In this document: piece by piece, positions 61,930 through 64,000 of the stretch
Layout: every line of letters begins with the position of its first letter
How positions within the stretch are numbered: the first letter of the stretch is position 1
NCBI GenBank assembly: GCA_965197745.1
Contig: CBDANS010000007.1
Span: 992,001 to 1,056,000 of the forward strand
Source of the DNA: Opitutales bacterium
GTDB taxonomy: Bacteria; Verrucomicrobiota; Verrucomicrobiia; Opitutales; PNEW01
Length of the DNA stretch: 64,000 bases
Direction: 5' to 3'
Position numbers and translations under genes: made by a program
The notes under the pieces: generated by a model
Databases searched by the model: none
What the model was told of the DNA's origin: nothing
The model's input: only the letters and a program-made list of their open reading frames with translations

Positions 61930-62401
61930 TACATGCACACCTTTTCCAACTGAGCAGTCGAGAATTGGAGGCTGAGAGGAGAGATTGCCAAGGCCGTCCG
62001 GCAATTGTGCTACCGGATGCGGGGCTATGATCGGAAAGCAGAGAAGTATGGGGTTATATTCGTATTCAGGACACCACTTGGGAGGGAATCTCCTTTACTT
62101 TCGCTACCGAAGGGCTGACAAACCTGGATGATTATGTGCTGAAAGCCTGCCTGGAAATCGCTGAGCCGCTGCTTGCGCGGTTTTTGCAGAAGGGACATAG
62201 AATTCGTGGTATCGGGCTACATACGATTGAAATGGATGCGACCAACCAGCTTGAACTCTTTTTTCGCGAAGACGAAAAGTTAGCGCGGATGTACTTCGCG
62301 GTGGACAAATCAACAACCGCTTTGGCCTCGACACCATCATGCAGGCTTCCATGAAGTACGCCGTTAAGGGAAAAACTCATTTTCTGGAACGGAATGTTTA
62401 A
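61930..62401 (+). pseudogene. C-terminal remnant of a Y-family DNA polymerase (DinB/UmuC-like)
   Basis: Across frameshifts and one stop it reads MHTF..., LCYRMR, IRGIGL, NQLELF (clamp-binding-like) and AVDKINNRFG; truncated at the IS end. Confidence 0.6.
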
Positions 62402-62696
62402 AGCAATGATCGTTCTTTTTTACTTCGATTGATTATTGAACTGATCGAAAATGTGGCATGATGGTTTTATTTCGCCAGATCGATGCTCTTGTCAGTATTA
62501 CCCTATTTCTTCAGCTTGTCGTTATCTCTCCCACTGGTTTGTAAGAAACGGGTTCTCACGTTAAAAAGCAGCAACATAAAAAAGAGAGGGAGTTTAAGTA
62601 TTTTTTGGTATTTAATAGGCATGAATAATTTCAACTATAGCGCTCGTCTGTAATTTGATAATGGTTAGGTTGGAACTCTAACCTAACCGACAAGTA

Positions 62697-64000
62697 ATGC
62701 TTCGAAAGCTCATATTTTTTGCGGTGACTGCTATAATGTTAAGCAGTTTCCAATTTCTTTACGCACATAATGTGTCTTTTCCTTTACCCAGTGATAAGAT
62801 CAATGAATACCCTTTTAACATGGTGGGAAAAGTTTCCTCGAGAGATTTCGTTGGTTCTGGCACAGCAATATCACAAAAGGTTGTTCTCTCCGCAGCACAT
62901 GTTTTTTTTGATATTGAGAATCTAGATTGGCATCCAAGCCCTTTTAGGTGGAACTTACGCCATTCTCCATCCGATCGAATTTTTGATATAAGTGCGCGAT
63001 CTTACAATCATTTTAGCGACTTTGCTTTAGCCACACGCCGTTTTCAACCTGATGATCCGGCTTTCAACTCATATGAACAATTTAATCGCGATGTCATTAC
63101 TCTTATATTTTATGAAGATGTAGCTAATGGAGGCCATGCAGGACGGGGTAGCAACCGAATCACCGATAACTCTGATAAAATGATCGTCGGATATCCTAAC
63201 CTGAACTACCCCGATTATGATCAGAGAAGAGACACAATGCATTCGACTAGTCTTGATGGGAGTCCTGCCAAATATGAACTGATAGACTACTATGACCGAC
63301 AGGGTTCTATAAGTCGACTTTATGAAACTTACGATTTGTCTACAGGTCCAGGTAATAGTGGGGGTCCGGTATACGGGTTAATTAGATTTGCGAATGGTAC
63401 TGTTGATTGGGGTGTAGTGGGTATAACTGTTGGTGGCCGTACAGGCGAGTCTTCCGTGGCGGTAGGTATTGACCAAGCTATTTCTGATTTAATCAAAGAG
63501 GCGGAATCCACTTTTGATACTATCTCATCCGACGACCATGGATATACTCGCAGCACAGCGACCACGGTAGAACTTAATCGCTCTATTGCGGGCAACTTAG
63601 ATACAGTTGGTGATATTGATTATTTTCGTTTTGTAATAAAGAGCGATGGAACGATAAATGCATATACAACAGGTGATACCGATACCCTTGGAACATTACA
63701 GAATAATTCAGGAAACGTTATTACGACAAAAGACGGTAGTGGTTCAGGGGAGAATTTTTTAATTACACGGGTACTCAATCCGGGAACATATTACATCGCC
63801 GTCAGCAATTTCTCTTTTGAAAAAACAGGTAGATATTCTTTTCGCGTTGATTTTACTGAGACCATTAAATTACCAGACTTAGCGGTTGATTTTATTAGCG
63901 TAGACAGAAGGTCAGTAGTAGCAGGTGAATCGGTTCGTGTTGGTTTCAATAGAAGTAACACGGGGGATAAAAATTCTGGTATATTCGCTCATGGGATCTA
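62697..64000 (+). CDS. Exported trypsin-like (S1) serine protease with PPC and CARDB-like domains; runs off the window end, not in the ORF track
   Basis: Translated by eye: signal peptide MLRKLIFFAVTAIMLSS.., GSGTAIS..VVLSAAHV, GNSGGPV, DDHG...GDIDYFRF...PGTYYIAV and LPDL.V motifs; open to 64000. Confidence 0.88.
   Translation, partial: MLRKLIFFAVTAIMLSSFQFLYAHNVSFPLPSDKINEYPFNMVGKVSSRDFVGSGTAISQKVVLSAAHVFFDIENLDWHPSPFRWNLRHSPSDRIFDISARSYNHFSDFALATRRFQPDDPAFNSYEQFNRDVITLIFYEDVANGGHAGRGSNRITDNSDKMIVGYPNLNYPDYDQRRDTMHSTSLDGSPAKYELIDYYDRQGSISRLYETYDLSTGPGNSGGPVYGLIRFANGTVDWGVVGITVGGRTGESSVAVGIDQAISDLIKEAESTFDTISSDDHGYTRSTATTVELNRSIAGNLDTVGDIDYFRFVIKSDGTINAYTTGDTDTLGTLQNNSGNVITTKDGSGSGENFLITRVLNPGTYYIAVSNFSFEKTGRYSFRVDFTETIKLPDLAVDFISVDRRSVVAGESVRVGFNRSNTGDKNSGIFAHGI

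Overview
Bacterial chromosomal window, most likely Verrucomicrobiota (Opitutia-like). The taxonomy is inferred from gene content and order: type-B L36/L31, lysS-lolCE-lolD-oxidoreductase-lpxB, hemH-ccsA-like-short hemA, and PVC-type exported proteins. About 1-47.5 kb is intact housekeeping DNA. It holds an M50 protease, a FabF-ACP-CrtI-like cluster, clpS, a 6S RNA, lpxI, leuS, rpmJ/rpmE, a 10-gene Mrp antiporter operon with three MrpD-type subunits, a K+-dependent membrane pyrophosphatase, lipAB, lysS, lol, lpxB and hem genes. From about 47.9 kb onward the region is accessory and decaying. It holds a broken S8 protease gene, an IS1595 element with a passenger gene, a GH-like exported protein, two inverted IS3-family elements around a Fic gene, a dinB remnant, and a trypsin-like protease running off the end. 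The most unusual signal is non-coding. The intergenic regions are mosaics of several families of 24-45 nt hairpin elements and short-period repeats that nest inside each other at reproducible target sites. A related micro-insert family has hit both IS3 copies, each time replacing a single A, and one 32-nt insert is identical at the same site in two otherwise diverged copies. No mobilising enzyme for these elements and no CRISPR array is visible in the window.
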